A DNA stretch of 64,000 bases from Planctomycetia bacterium (GTDB taxonomy: Bacteria; Planctomycetota; Planctomycetia; Pirellulales; JACPPG01): NCBI GenBank assembly GCA_016191115.1, contig JACPPG010000005.1, positions 23,119 through 87,118 of the forward strand, given 5' to 3'. Under the pieces are notes generated by a model that worked only from the letters and a program-made list of their open reading frames with translations, ran no database searches and was not told where the DNA came from. Of the stretch, positions 51,326 through 63,286 are shown piece by piece. Position 1 is the stretch's first letter. Each line of letters starts with the position of its first letter. A program made the position numbers and the translations under genes.

Positions 51326-52345
51326 CTACAGCACGTCGCGGCGCAGTTGGGGGAATACTTTCGAGACCTTGGCGAGCAAATAGTCGCCGTACGTGCCGCT
51401 GACCTCGTGGACGCTCGCGCGGTCCCAACGCTCGTGCCGATCGTCTTCGAGCGCGTGGCCGGCGAGCTCCTCGATGGGCCGTACCTCGGCCGCAAAGTTG
51501 GGATCGAAAAAGAACGGGAACGACAGCCGGTCGCGGCCGCTTTTGTTCAGCACGCGATGCGGCGTCGAGCGGTACAGGCCGCGCGTCAGTCGATCGAGCA
51601 TGTCGCCGATATTGCAGATGAACGAGCCGGGGATCGGTGGCGCGTCGACCCACCGGCTGCGGCTTTTCACTTGCAATCCGCCCACCTCGTCCTGCCAGAG
51701 CATCGTCAATAGTCCGTAGTCGGTGTGCTCGCCGACGCCCCAGCGGGCATCATCGGCGGGCCGTGGCGGCGGCGCGGGATAGTTGAAAATGCGAAAGAGT
51801 ATCAGCGGATCGCCCGTGTAGCGGTCGGCGAAATAATTTTCGTCGAGGCCAAGGCTGAGCGAGATGCCGGCCATCAGCCGGTGGCCCAATTGCGTCATCG
51901 CGGCCAGGTATTCGAGCACCACTTCGCGGAACGACGGGATGTCGGGAAAGAGATTCGCGCCGCACAGCGGCGTGCCGGCAAGCACCGCCAAGTCATCCGC
52001 CGGCAGCTCGGCCCCGAAGTAGAGCCCCTCCTTTTGATCGGGCTTGCCCGAGGTCAGCTCGTCACCGACGGCGAAATAGCCGCGCCAGGCACGGCCGCCG
52101 CGGGCCATGGCGATGTTCATCTTTTCGGCCGCGCTCAAGGCGAAGAACTGCCGGCTGAGCTGTTCCAGGCACGGGCACAGCCCACGGTCGACCCCATGTC
52201 CGACAACGTAGAAGAAGCCAGACTCGCGGCACGCCGCGCCAATTTGCCGGGCCACGTCCTCGCGCGCGGGCGCCCCGGCCACGAGCGGCGCGACGTCGAT
52301 CACAGGAACTTGTGCAAACTCGGCGAGTGGTGAGGTCGACGTCAT
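51326..52345 (-). CDS. 2OG-Fe(II) oxygenase, isopenicillin-N-synthase family
   Basis: HTD...H facial triad and RLS. Confidence 0.93.
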   Translation of the reverse strand: MTSTSPLAEFAQVPVIDVAPLVAGAPAREDVARQIGAACRESGFFYVVGHGVDRGLCPCLEQLSRQFFALSAAEKMNIAMARGGRAWRGYFAVGDELTSGKPDQKEGLYFGAELPADDLAVLAGTPLCGANLFPDIPSFREVVLEYLAAMTQLGHRLMAGISLSLGLDENYFADRYTGDPLILFRIFNYPAPPPRPADDARWGVGEHTDYGLLTMLWQDEVGGLQVKSRSRWVDAPPIPGSFICNIGDMLDRLTRGLYRSTPHRVLNKSGRDRLSFPFFFDPNFAAEVRPIEELAGHALEDDRHERWDRASVHEVSGTYGDYLLAKVSKVFPQLRRDVL

Positions 52346-52540
52346 CGAAGCTTGCTCAGTCGTAGCCGTAGGGTGCTCCGCGAGCACCATTTCATCGGCC
52401 TCGTGCAGGATACTCGACGGAAGATGGAACCGCCAAGAACGCCAAGGCCGCCAAGGTTTGCGGTAGGGTGCGGTACAATGCGCGCGGTTCCCGTCGCCCA
52501 GGCAAGCCCCCCACAACGCGCGCGAGCGCTGGAGTCCCTC

Positions 52541-53122
52541 ATGAGCAAAGGACGGCTGGAAGCGTTTAGCGACGCCGTGATCGCGATCATCATCACGATC
52601 ATGGTGCTGGAGCTCAAGGCGCCGGAAGACGCGGAATTGGTCGCGCTACGGCCCCTTGTGCCGGCCCTCTTGAGCTACGTGCTCAGCTTCGTGTTCGTCG
52701 GCATTTATTGGAACAACCATCACCACCTGCTGCAGGCGGTGCGGCACGTCGACGGCCGGGCCCTGTGGGCGAACATGCATTTGCTGTTCTGGATTTCCCT
52801 CATCCCGTTCGTCACCAGTTGGATGGGTTCATCCCGCTTTGCCGCCTGGCCCGTCGCCGCGTACGGTGTGATCCTGCTCATGGCGGCCGTGGCGTACCTG
52901 ATTCTGACGCGCGTGCTGGTGGCCCGGCACGGCAAGGATTCGCCGCTGGCCGTGGCCGTCGGGGCCGACGTGAAGGGCAAGCTGTCCTTGGTGCTCTATG
53001 CGGTCGCCGTGCCGGCGACGTTCGTCCATCGCGGGATCGCCTGCGCGATTTACGTCCTGGTGGCGGTGATGTGGCTCGTGCCTGACCGGCGCATCGAACG
53101 GACGCTTATCGAGGCGGGCTAA
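52541..53122 (+). CDS. TMEM175 family potassium channel
   Basis: [19 protein letters not shown] and YWNNHHH. Confidence 0.93.
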   Translation: MSKGRLEAFSDAVIAIIITIMVLELKAPEDAELVALRPLVPALLSYVLSFVFVGIYWNNHHHLLQAVRHVDGRALWANMHLLFWISLIPFVTSWMGSSRFAAWPVAAYGVILLMAAVAYLILTRVLVARHGKDSPLAVAVGADVKGKLSLVLYAVAVPATFVHRGIACAIYVLVAVMWLVPDRRIERTLIEAG

Positions 53123-53187
53123 GGGCCTTGCCTCCGTCGATAGAATACGTGCGTACAGGAAAGCGTGTTTCCGCAGGGAGGAGAAGA

Positions 53188-54057
53188 ATGTCCACCAAGC
53201 AAATCAAGAGAATCGTCCGCGATGTGCCTGGCCATTGGGTCGGCGACGGCTTCCCGGTCCGCAGCCTGTTCACGTACGCGGAAGCGGACCTGTTCGACCC
53301 GTTCTTGCTCTTGGACTACGCCGCGCCGCACACGTTCGCCCCGTCGTCGGGCGAGCCGCGCGGCGTCGGTGAGCATCCTCACCGCGGCTTCGAGACGGTT
53401 ACGATCGTTTACCAAGGGGAGCTCGAGCATCGGGACTCGGCGGGCCACCACGGCGCGATCGGTCCCGGCGACGTGCAATGGATGACGGCCGCCTCGGGCG
53501 TGGTACACGAGGAGTTCCACAGCCAGCGGTTCGCCCGCGCTGGCGGCACGTTCGAGGTGGTGCAGCTTTGGGTGAACTTGCCGGCGCGCGACAAGATGTC
53601 GGCGCCCCGGTATCAGGAGATCCTGGATCGGCAGATTCCGGTTGTGAAGCTGCCGGACGGGGCCGGAAGTGTGCGCGTGATCGCCGGCGAGCTAGCAGGC
53701 ACGAAAGGCCCGGCGCTGACATTCACGCCGGTGCAGCTTTGGGACGTGCAGTTGAGCGCCGGCGGCGCGGCGACGCTGCCGCTCGTGGACAATCACACGA
53801 CGGCGCTGGTCGTGCAAAGAGGCGACTCCACTGTGAATGATACCGAGACGGTTGCCGACGCCAGCCTGGTCCTGTTCGACCGCGCAGGCGATCAGATATC
53901 GCTCAAGGCGAAAGGTGAAGGCCGAGTCCTGCTGCTTTCCGGTCAGCCGATCGGCGAACCGGTCGTGGGGCAGGGACCGTTCGTCATGAACACCCGCGAC
54001 GAGATCCAACAAGCCATCCGCGACTTCCAGGCCGGCCGCATGGGGCGGCTTGCGTAG
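53188..54057 (+). CDS. Pirin family protein
   Basis: DPFLLLD, HPHRGFET and GPFVMN; strong RBS. Confidence 0.95.
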   Translation: MSTKQIKRIVRDVPGHWVGDGFPVRSLFTYAEADLFDPFLLLDYAAPHTFAPSSGEPRGVGEHPHRGFETVTIVYQGELEHRDSAGHHGAIGPGDVQWMTAASGVVHEEFHSQRFARAGGTFEVVQLWVNLPARDKMSAPRYQEILDRQIPVVKLPDGAGSVRVIAGELAGTKGPALTFTPVQLWDVQLSAGGAATLPLVDNHTTALVVQRGDSTVNDTETVADASLVLFDRAGDQISLKAKGEGRVLLLSGQPIGEPVVGQGPFVMNTRDEIQQAIRDFQAGRMGRLA

Positions 54058-54349
54058 TTGCCCGCGCCCAGCCTGTAGGTCAGGCAGGCCCCTGCCTGAC
54101 AAGCGCCGCGCAAGCGGCTTGCCGCGCATCTGTCCGCTTCGTTCGGCCAGGGCGACGAATAGATCCTGACGATCCGCCGCGGCCCGCATGGCCGACACGG
54201 CGGCCTGCCGCGCCTCGCGCATTTCTCGGTGGGGTCGCCCGGGCGGTGCAAGAGCTCCAGCCATTGCACGCCCAAGGCTCCCGCACGCGCAGCGGGCAGT
54301 GTATTATAGGGCCTTAGTTCGCTCGAATTGCTTCCTGGCACGAGGCCGG

Positions 54350-54473
54350 CAGGAGAACGGCAAAGTCCTGGGAGAGGGGGTCAGGCACATTTTTCGGCCG
54401 AAGGTCCTTCGGGAGAATTGAAAACCGCGTGCGCCGAAAAATGGGCCGGACCCCGGACTTTGCAGTTCTCCTG
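54350..54473 (+). mobile_element. MITE-B copy 2 (124 bp, inverted relative to copy 1)
   Basis: TIR caggagaacggcaaagtcc/ggactttgcagttctcctg; flanks cgaggccgg/cgaggccgc (8/9). Confidence 0.85.
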
Positions 54474-54603
54474 CGAGGCCGCGGCACAAACCCGTGGCTT
54501 GCCGTTCGTCGGTTCCGGGCGAGTCGTCGAGGACGGCGTCCATCCTTGCGGCCCACCCGATTCGACTCGCCTCCGAAGGTCGACCGTCTACCGAATACCT
54601 CAC

Positions 54604-56025
54604 ATGCTCTTTCCCCTGCCGCTAGCGCCGTTCGAGTCCTACATGCTGGCGGACGATCGCGCCGCGTATCCGATGGTGTTCTATCTTCGCCTGAGCCTGT
54701 CGGGCGAATTGGATGGTGCCCGGTTCGAGGCCGCCATGCGATGCGCCGTGGACCGGCACCCATTGCTACGGTCGATTGTTCGCGAAGCGGCGGGCGAGCA
54801 ATGCTGGACGCTGGTCGAGAATCCGCTGGCCAACTTCGATTCTCGCGATAGCGACGAGCCGATCGATCGCGACAAAGGTCGCTTGGACCTGACGCGGCAA
54901 GCGGGTCTGCGCGTGTGGGTCCGCCGATCGCCGCCGCGGACCACGGCATTGATCGAGTTCCATCACTCGTGCTGCGACGGCGTCGCGGCCGTGCAGTTCG
55001 TCGAGGAAGTGCTGCTGGCTTACGCGAGCACGCAGCCAGGCGCGGCCGGTGACGCGACGCCGCGTTTCCGGCTGCTCGATCCCGAGCGGCTGCTAAGGCG
55101 CGCGCGGTTTGGACTGGGGCTCGCGCGGCGACTGCTGCGGTTGCCGCTTGCACCGGTGGGGGCCTACGGACTGGCCGAGTTCTTTTGGAATCGGCCGGCG
55201 GCGGTTGCCGCCGAAGCGCCCGACGACAGGGCCGGCGCCATTTCAATCCTCGCGCCGGCCTTTCACAGCCACACGGTGGGCTCGCGCCAACTGGCGAACC
55301 TGCGGTGGGTGGCGCGGCGACAGGGCAAGACCGTCAACGACCTGCTGTTGCGCGACCTGCTCATGGCGATCGAGGACTGGAATACCCGTCACGGCCGCGA
55401 CGCCGGCGCGTGTTTTCGGATTACGGTCCCGATCAGCCTTCGCCAGGCGGCCGACGAGTCGCTGCCGGCCACGAACGTCGTATCGATGTTTTTCATCGAT
55501 CGCCGGCCGGGACGGTTCGCTTCGCCGCGACGCCTGTTGGCCAGCGTTCGCCGCGACACATGGCTCGTCAAGCGCTTCCGGCTGGGACTGGTGTTCGCGT
55601 TCTTCGTGCCGTGGTTGAATCGCTTTCGCGGCGTGCGGACGGCGCTGATGTACAACGACCGATGCATGTCCACCGCCGTCCTGAGCAACCTGGGAACGCA
55701 ATTTGAGGCGACCGACTTGCCGCGCTGCCGCGGACGGATCACGGCGGGCGATGCCGTGGTCGAGGCGATTGACTTCCTGCCCCCCCTTCGCCCGCTGACG
55801 CGCGTCGCCCTGGGCGTCATCACGTATGCCGATCAATTGACCATGACCTTGCACTACGACGGGCGTTCCCTGTCGTCCGTGGCGGCCGCCGGCTTCCTGG
55901 CGTCGCTGGTCGCGGGCGTCGACGACACATCCGCCGGCCGCCGCGACGGCGTCCCCCTTCCTCCCCATGCCGAGCGGCCATTGACCGTCGACGACGGCGT
56001 GGAGCACGCAGGCGCCAGTGCATAG
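54604..56025 (+). CDS. Stand-alone condensation-domain/CoA-dependent acyltransferase
   Basis: RHPLLR, HHSCCDG (HHxxxDG) and SNLG. Confidence 0.8.
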   Translation: MLFPLPLAPFESYMLADDRAAYPMVFYLRLSLSGELDGARFEAAMRCAVDRHPLLRSIVREAAGEQCWTLVENPLANFDSRDSDEPIDRDKGRLDLTRQAGLRVWVRRSPPRTTALIEFHHSCCDGVAAVQFVEEVLLAYASTQPGAAGDATPRFRLLDPERLLRRARFGLGLARRLLRLPLAPVGAYGLAEFFWNRPAAVAAEAPDDRAGAISILAPAFHSHTVGSRQLANLRWVARRQGKTVNDLLLRDLLMAIEDWNTRHGRDAGACFRITVPISLRQAADESLPATNVVSMFFIDRRPGRFASPRRLLASVRRDTWLVKRFRLGLVFAFFVPWLNRFRGVRTALMYNDRCMSTAVLSNLGTQFEATDLPRCRGRITAGDAVVEAIDFLPPLRPLTRVALGVITYADQLTMTLHYDGRSLSSVAAAGFLASLVAGVDDTSAGRRDGVPLPPHAERPLTVDDGVEHAGASA

Positions 56026-56303
56026 CGAGGGCAGGCGGCGGGAGCGCCTCGGATGCTTGCCTCGTAGCCGCGGAACGTCTGGTAGCGTCGCCCGGCAGGG
56101 CCGGGACACTTACGGAATATCCCCCTTGCGCTTCTGGGCGAACGAGCACTTTCAGTATACGTCTGGGCCCTCATGCGCCGTGACTTGTCCGATAGCGCAA
56201 CTATGGACCGGCCAAGCGCGCTGCGTCAAACCGACTCGGTCTCTCATATGTTCCGTGGCTGACAGTTGCTGCGTCACGCTACGCAAGTGCTATATTTACC
56301 GGC

Positions 56304-57068
56304 ATGACGCGGCTGATTCTCATCACTGTCGCAACGCTTTTGGCGCTGTGGATACTGCTCAATTTGGGCATTGTCCCGGAGCCGCTCGCGAGGCTCTTCG
56401 AGCCGCTCGTGGGGCTTGCCTGTTCGCTCGCCATACCCGCCCTCATCATCACGTCGTATGCCGCGCCGGGGCTGTTGCGGGACGTGGCCGATGACGCGCG
56501 CCACCTGTGGCACCGCGTGCGGACGCGGCGGCACGACATCGATGAATTGGAAGTCAAGATCGCCCACCTGGATCGGCCGTACCACATGCACCAATTGGGA
56601 CTGATCTACGCGGCCCAGGGGCGCATCGCCAAAGCCCGGCCTTGGTTCGAGCGGGCCTTGGCCAAGGATCCGGACGCCGTGGAAACGAAGTACCACCTGG
56701 CGTGTTGCGATTTCGCGCAGAAGCAGTACGCGACCGCGGCCGACCTGCTCGAGCAAGTTCACGCCAAAAGACCGGACTACGACTACGGCATGGCCTACCT
56801 GCGATTGGCGCAATCACAGCAGCTTGCCGGCAATCTCGCGCGCGCGGGCGAGGTCTATCAGACCCTGCTGCGTTTCTATCCCGGACATCCCGAGGGGACG
56901 TACTACTACGCGCTGTTAAAGGCCGACGACCATGCGCCCGACGAAGCGCGGCAGTTGATGCGCGACGTCATCTTCACGGTCCGCCACAGCCCAGGATTTC
57001 ATCGCCGCCGCAACCGTCATTGGGCGCTCAAGGCGCAGTGGTGGCTGTGGCGGCACCGGCGCGTCTGA
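56304..57068 (+). CDS. Membrane-anchored TPR protein
   Basis: Two N-terminal TMs followed by TPR-like helices. Confidence 0.8.
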   Translation: MTRLILITVATLLALWILLNLGIVPEPLARLFEPLVGLACSLAIPALIITSYAAPGLLRDVADDARHLWHRVRTRRHDIDELEVKIAHLDRPYHMHQLGLIYAAQGRIAKARPWFERALAKDPDAVETKYHLACCDFAQKQYATAADLLEQVHAKRPDYDYGMAYLRLAQSQQLAGNLARAGEVYQTLLRFYPGHPEGTYYYALLKADDHAPDEARQLMRDVIFTVRHSPGFHRRRNRHWALKAQWWLWRHRRV

Positions 57069-57091
57069 CGCGCCGGCGGAGGTATGAGCTG

Positions 57092-57907
57092 ATGCGAACA
57101 CAGGCAGAAAAGGCCGTCGCCTTCCGCGCCCTCCATGAGCGGGATCGCGCCTTCCTCATCCCGAACCCGTGGGACATCGGCACGGCGCGGGTGTTGGCGC
57201 ACCTGGGATTTGAGGCCCTGGCGACAACGAGCGCCGGGTTTGCGTTCTCCCTCGGACAGCGCGACAACACTATCGACCGGGCCCGGGTGCTGGCCCACGC
57301 GGCCACGATTGTGGCCGCCACCGACCTGCCGGTCAGCGCCGATCTGGAGCACGGCTTTGGCGACGATGCCGCGACCGTGGCCGAGACCGTCCGGTTGGCC
57401 GTGGACGTGGGGCTGGCCGGTGCCTCGATCGAGGACTCGACCGGCCGGCCAGACGATCCGATCTACGATCACGCGCTGGCGTCCGAGCGAATCCAGGCCG
57501 CCGCCGAGGCCGCCCATGCGCGACCATTCCCTTTCATGCTCACCGCGCGGGCGGAGAACTACCTCGTCGGCCGGCGCGACCTGGCGGACACGATTCGGCG
57601 GCTTCAATCGTACCGGGACGCCGGCGCCGACGTGTTGTACGCGCCAGGGCTGGCGAACAAGGACGACATCGCCGCCGTGGTCAGCTCGGTGGATCGGCCC
57701 GTGAACGTCTTGATGGGCCTGGCGGGCGTTCCGTTGAGTCTGGCCGTGCTTTCGGAAATCGGCGTGAAGCGCGTCAGCGTGGGTAGCGCACTGTGCCGCG
57801 CCGCGCTGGGCGCCTTTCTTCGCGCCGCCCGCGAGATGCAAGAGCGCGGAACATTTTCCTTCGCCGACCAGGCGCCGACGTTCAAGGAGATTCGCGCGAT
57901 GTTTTAA
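57092..57907 (+). CDS. Isocitrate lyase/PEP mutase family protein
   Basis: PNPWD, ATTSAG, SIED and AGADVLYAPG. Confidence 0.92.
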   Translation: MRTQAEKAVAFRALHERDRAFLIPNPWDIGTARVLAHLGFEALATTSAGFAFSLGQRDNTIDRARVLAHAATIVAATDLPVSADLEHGFGDDAATVAETVRLAVDVGLAGASIEDSTGRPDDPIYDHALASERIQAAAEAAHARPFPFMLTARAENYLVGRRDLADTIRRLQSYRDAGADVLYAPGLANKDDIAAVVSSVDRPVNVLMGLAGVPLSLAVLSEIGVKRVSVGSALCRAALGAFLRAAREMQERGTFSFADQAPTFKEIRAMF

Positions 57908-57908
57908 T

Positions 57909-57977
57909 AGGCTTGAGGCTTGAGGAAACAGGCTTGAGGCTTGAGATCCGAGACTTGAGGAAGGGAGCCTCAAGCCT
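57909..57977. repeat. Degenerate heptamer tandem repeat (AGGCTTG)n with an inverted copy
   Basis: ~7 units in 7-bp register, then agcctcaagcct; lies between convergent genes. Confidence 0.75.
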
Positions 57978-57981
57978 CTCC

Positions 57982-58551
57982 CTAGAGTTGCCCGCAATCG
58001 GCAATGACTATCTTGGCCGAGGTCTTGCCGGACTGGGAGCCCAGGCCCTCGATCTTCTTCACCACGTCCATGCCTTCGACCACGTTGCCGAAGACGACGT
58101 GCTTGCCGTCGAGCCAGGGCGTCTGCACGGTGCAGAGAAAGAATTGCGAGCCGTTGGTGTTGGGGCCGGCGTTGGCCATGCTGAGAACGCCGGCTCCGGT
58201 GTGCTTGAGCGTGAAGTTCTCGTCGGGGAACTTGTTGCCGTAGATCGACTTGCCGCCGGTGCCGTCGCCGTTGGTGAAGTCGCCTCCCTGGCACATGAAC
58301 TGCGGAATGACGCGGTGGAACGCGCTCCCCTTGTAGCCGAAGCCCTTCTCGCCCGTGCACAGCGCGCGGAAGTTCTCGGCCGTTTTGGGCACGACGTCCG
58401 ACCGAAGCTCAATGACGATCCGGCCGACCATTTTTCCATCGGCCGTGACATCGAGAAAGCACCGGGGAAGCTTCTTGTCGTCGGCCGCATTGGCCAGCGA
58501 GGTGCTGAGGGCCAAGCCGAGGATTGCAAAGGCGATCAGTTGCGGGATCAT
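57982..58551 (-). CDS. Cyclophilin-type peptidyl-prolyl isomerase, exported
   Basis: [29 protein letters not shown] and [15 protein letters not shown]. Confidence 0.96.
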   Translation of the reverse strand: MIPQLIAFAILGLALSTSLANAADDKKLPRCFLDVTADGKMVGRIVIELRSDVVPKTAENFRALCTGEKGFGYKGSAFHRVIPQFMCQGGDFTNGDGTGGKSIYGNKFPDENFTLKHTGAGVLSMANAGPNTNGSQFFLCTVQTPWLDGKHVVFGNVVEGMDVVKKIEGLGSQSGKTSAKIVIADCGQL

Positions 58552-58710
58552 GCGTGACTCCTGTACGGGATGCTCTCTGGCCACGCGCCAAGATAGCCGC
58601 GGGCGGTGCGGTGCGTCAAACGCTCGACTGCTATCATGGAGGCAACTCGCACACCGCGCAGGGCCGGTCTGCCGAGTGATGCGCTACGAACAAACCGCGG
58701 AGAACCCAAC

Positions 58711-59139
58711 ATGTCGCTTCTGGACGGACGCGTGATGCTGGGCGACACACTGTTGTTTGAAGGCCGCCTGTGGGTGGAAGAGCCCGGCAAGGGCCGCCCG
58801 GCCGTGTGGAAGGCGGGCTTTTTCTCCCCGCAGACGTTGCCGATGATCAAGGGAGAGTGCCGGCTGGAATTGAAAGACGGGCGGTGTGGCTTGATGTCGT
58901 GCAACAAGGCGCAGCCGGGAATGACCGGCGGCACCCACCTGCAGTTTCAAGGCATGGGCCCACTGGCCGCGTCCGATGACCAGCCCGCGGAGGAAGAAGC
59001 CACCGAACGCCTCGAGCTGCCACTGTCCCCGTCCGAGCTCGATCAATTCGAGCGGGCGGCGCGGCGCGGCAAGCTTACCCTCTCGGAATGGGTTCGCGAC
59101 CGGCTGTCGCAAGCGGCAAAGCGCGAGCTGGGGGCATAG
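58711..59139 (+). CDS. Hypothetical protein with C-terminal ribbon-helix-helix-like segment
   Basis: GGAG RBS; LELPLS..EL....RAA....TLSEWVR..L. Confidence 0.6.
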   Translation: MSLLDGRVMLGDTLLFEGRLWVEEPGKGRPAVWKAGFFSPQTLPMIKGECRLELKDGRCGLMSCNKAQPGMTGGTHLQFQGMGPLAASDDQPAEEEATERLELPLSPSELDQFERAARRGKLTLSEWVRDRLSQAAKRELGA

Positions 59140-59184
59140 GCGGCCGGGGGCCGACGATGGCACAGGGCCAGGGGAGCGCATCGC

Positions 59185-60456
59185 ATGACGTCAAACCTGA
59201 CCGAGCGATACTTGAAGACGCGCCGCCTCACGGAGCACTTGTGCGAGCCGCTGGAGGTGGAGGATTTCGTCGTGCAGTCCATGCCCGACGCCAGTCCCAC
59301 CCGCTGGCACCTGGCGCACACTACGTGGTTCTTCGAAACGTTCGTGCTGGCACGATGGGAGGCGGGCTACCGGCCCTTCAGCGGCGACTACCAGGTCCTC
59401 TTCAATTCCTACTACAACAGCGTTGGCGAGCCTTTCCCTCGCTCGCGACGTGGGCTCTTGACGCGGCCGACCGTGGCCGAGGTGTTCGAGTATCGCCACG
59501 CCGTCGACGAGCGGATGGCGCGGCTGCTGGGCGCGCGTGAGGGCGGCGGTTCGGAGGAAATCGCCCGCGTCGTCGAGTTGGGCATCAACCACGAACAGCA
59601 GCATCAGGAGTTGATCCTCACCGACATCAAGCACGCCTTCTCGTGCAACCCGCTCTGGCCGGCGTATCGACCCAGGCCGGACGGTGCGACGGCGATAACC
59701 GTGAAAGCGAGCGGCTGGACCGCCAAGGGCGGCGGCGTCGTGGAGATCGGGCACGCGGGACACGCGTTTGCCTTCGACAATGAGCATCCTCGGCACCGGG
59801 TCTTCTTGCAGCCGTTCGACATCCAGGATCGGCTGGTGACGGCGGGCGAATTCCTCGAGTTCATCGGGGATGGCGGCTACCGTCGGCCGGAGCTGTGGTT
59901 GTCGCTCGGCTGGTCGACCGTGCGCGAGCAGAACTGGACCGCGCCCTTGTACTGGGTCGAGCGGGACGGCGCGTGGCATCAATTCTCGCTGGGCGGGCTG
60001 CGGCCCCTCGATGTGGCAGAACCGGTATGCCACGTCAGCTTCTTCGAGGCCGACGCCTTCGCCCGGTGGCGCGGCGCGCGGCTGCCGACCGAAGCCGAAT
60101 GGGAGCACGCGGCGGCTGGCGTCGCGCTGTCCGGCAGTTTCGTCGAGAGCGAGCGATACCGTCCCAGGCCCGTCGACGGAACCGGCGCCGGGCTCGCGCA
60201 AATGTACGGCGAGTTGTGGCAGTGGACGGCCAGCCCCTACACGCCGTACCCCGGCTACGTCGTGCCGGAGGGCGCGCTCGGCGAGTACAACGGCAAATTC
60301 ATGTGCAACCAATACGTGTTGCGTGGCGGCTCGTGCGCGACGCCCGCCGGGCACGTCCGCGCGACCTATCGCAATTTTTTCCCGCCCGAAGCGCGGTGGC
60401 AATTCACCGGCATCCGCTTGGCCCGCGACGCGCAGAACAGCGCGACGGCACGATGA
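59185..60456 (+). CDS. egtB: Ergothioneine biosynthesis sulfoxide synthase EgtB
   Basis: [23 protein letters not shown]-sulfatase domain and GEYNGKFM. Confidence 0.93.
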   Translation: MTSNLTERYLKTRRLTEHLCEPLEVEDFVVQSMPDASPTRWHLAHTTWFFETFVLARWEAGYRPFSGDYQVLFNSYYNSVGEPFPRSRRGLLTRPTVAEVFEYRHAVDERMARLLGAREGGGSEEIARVVELGINHEQQHQELILTDIKHAFSCNPLWPAYRPRPDGATAITVKASGWTAKGGGVVEIGHAGHAFAFDNEHPRHRVFLQPFDIQDRLVTAGEFLEFIGDGGYRRPELWLSLGWSTVREQNWTAPLYWVERDGAWHQFSLGGLRPLDVAEPVCHVSFFEADAFARWRGARLPTEAEWEHAAAGVALSGSFVESERYRPRPVDGTGAGLAQMYGELWQWTASPYTPYPGYVVPEGALGEYNGKFMCNQYVLRGGSCATPAGHVRATYRNFFPPEARWQFTGIRLARDAQNSATAR

Positions 60457-60515
60457 CAAGCGTGCGCGCTCGCGTTGACCGTCCAAGCCTGCTCGCGCAT
60501 GCTGGGAGTGGCACT

Positions 60516-60588
60516 CGGGAGGGCGAGGCTCCCGCCGAGCCGTGGCGTCAGCAAGAAGGCACGGCTCGGCGGGAGCCTCGCCCTCCCG
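60516..60588. repeat. REP-like inverted pair, family GGGAGGGCGAGGCTCC
   Basis: Perfect ~29-bp arms between egtB and the ATPase; a single arm also at 63216-63241. Confidence 0.88.
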
Positions 60589-60621
60589 GTTGCCCTGCTC
60601 CAGGCACATGAGACCCAAACG

Positions 60622-61346
<725 letters not shown>

Positions 61347-61350
<4 letters not shown>

Positions 61351-62891
61351 AACATCGGTCGACCGTCAAATTTTTCGGACTCATGGTGGTGCTGCTGGCG
61401 GCTGGGCTTATCCCGCTGCCCCGCCGGGCCGTGCAAGTGCGCATCGGATCGAAGAAGTTCACCGAATCGGTGATCCTGGGCGAGATGCTGCGCCTCCTGG
61501 TAGAAGACGCGGGGCTCGAGGCGGCCCATTACCGCGAGTTCGGCGGGACGCGGATCGTGTTCGACGCGCTCGTAGCGGGCGAAATCGACGTCTATCCCGA
61601 GTACACCGGCACGATTGCCCAGGAGATCTTTGCCGGCCAAAACGTGCCGGACAAGGCGGCGATGCGCGCCCTGCTCGCCGAGAAGGGGATCGGCATATCC
61701 GAGTCGTTGGGTTTCAGCAACACGTACGCGCTGGCCCTGACGCGCAAGCGCGCCGCCGAGCTGGGGCTGGCGCGCGTTTCGGACCTGAAGCGTCTGCCGG
61801 AGCTACGGATCGCCATAACCCATGAGTTCCTCGATCGCGGCGATGGCTGGCCGGCACTGACGCGGCACTATGACCTTCAACATCGCAACGTCGCGGGCGT
61901 GGACCACGACGTGGCTTATCGCGAATTGCTGGCCGGCGAGATCGACCTGATCGACGTGTACTCGACCGACGCCATGATTCGCCGCGGCGACCTGGTGCTG
62001 CTCGAGGACGACCAGAACTTCTTTCCCCGCTACGACGCCGTGTGGCTTTACCGGCTTGCCACCGCCGAGCGCTATCCGGCGATGCTGGCGGCCATCGAGC
62101 GGGTGCAAGGGCTACTGTCCGAGGCGGCGATGCAGTCGCTCAACGACGAGGTCGAGGCCGGCCGCGCGAGCGAAACTCAGGCGGCAGCCGAATTTCTCAA
62201 TCGGCAGGTCGGGCTGAACGTCGAAGTGCGCGAGCCGTCGCGAACGCGGATGATCGCGCGGCACGTGATCGAACATCTGGATCTGGTGCGGCGGTCGCTT
62301 TTGCCGGCGATCGTCGTGGGCATCGCGCTCGGAATCTTTTGCCAGCGCCGCCCGCGAGCCGGCCGGTTCGTTCTGCCGGCGGTGGGGCTACTGCAAACGA
62401 TCCCTTCGCTGGCCCTGCTCGTGCTATTGTTGCCGCTGGTTGCCGCGCTGGGCTACCACAGCATTGGCGAAGGGTCGGTGACGGCCGTGACGGCGCTATT
62501 CTGCTATTGCCTGCTCCCCATCGTGCGAAATACGTACACGGGCATCGACGGCATCCAGCGCGGCACGATTGAGTCGGCGACCGTATTGGGCCTCGGCCCG
62601 ATGGCGCGGTTGATCGAAATCGAGCTGCCAATCGCGCTACCGACCATATTGGCCGGAATCCGCACGTCGGCCGTGCAAAACGTGGGCTTCGCGACGTTGG
62701 GCGCGATCATTGGCGCCGGGGGCCTGGGCCAGCCGATCCTAAGGGGCATCCGCGTCAACGACGTGTCGCTGATCCTGGCCGGCGCCATTCCCGCCGCCCT
62801 GTTGGCGCTCGTTTTGCAGGTGTCAATCGACGCGATCGAATGGCTGGTCGTCCCGCGCGGCTTGAAGCGCGGAGCCGCCGTGCAAGAATGA
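61347..62891 (+). CDS. Fused substrate-binding + permease subunit, glycine-betaine/ergothioneine-type ABC transporter
   Basis: GSKKFTES, YPEYTGT, NTYAL, FFPRY, then QTIPSLAL permease. Confidence 0.9.
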
Positions 62892-62922
62892 ACGGGCACA
62901 AGTGCCGGTACGGAGAATGAGC

Positions 62923-63207
62923 ATGAAAGCGATCTGGAACGACAAGATCATTGCCGAAAGCGCCGACACCGTGGTCGTCGAAGGAAACCACTATTTTCCG
63001 CCGGACAGCGTGAACGCCGAATATCTCCGCGATAGCAGCACCACCACCGCGTGCGGCTGGAAGGGGACGGCCCAGTATTACGACCTTTTCGTGGATGGAA
63101 AGACGAATCCTGGCGCGGCGTGGTACTACCCGGCGCCAAAAGAAGCGGCCCAACAGATCAAGGGGCGGATAGCGTTCTGGAAAGGCGTGAACGTTGTTGA
63201 CGGGTAG
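62923..63207 (+). CDS. DUF427 domain protein
   Basis: VEGNHYFP, C.WKG.A.YY and AAWYYP. Confidence 0.93.
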   Translation: MKAIWNDKIIAESADTVVVEGNHYFPPDSVNAEYLRDSSTTTACGWKGTAQYYDLFVDGKTNPGAAWYYPAPKEAAQQIKGRIAFWKGVNVVDG

Positions 63208-63286
63208 CGAACAGGCGGCTCGGCGGGAGCCTCGCCTTCCCTAGGACGCAACCACGAAGTGCAAGATGGCAAAGTGGAAAACAGCG

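Noticed and set aside
59185..60456. Selenoneine (SenA) or ovothiol (OvoA) assignment for egtB
   Set aside because: No neighbouring selD or senB, no C-terminal methyltransferase domain, and no evidence of in-frame UGA read-through.
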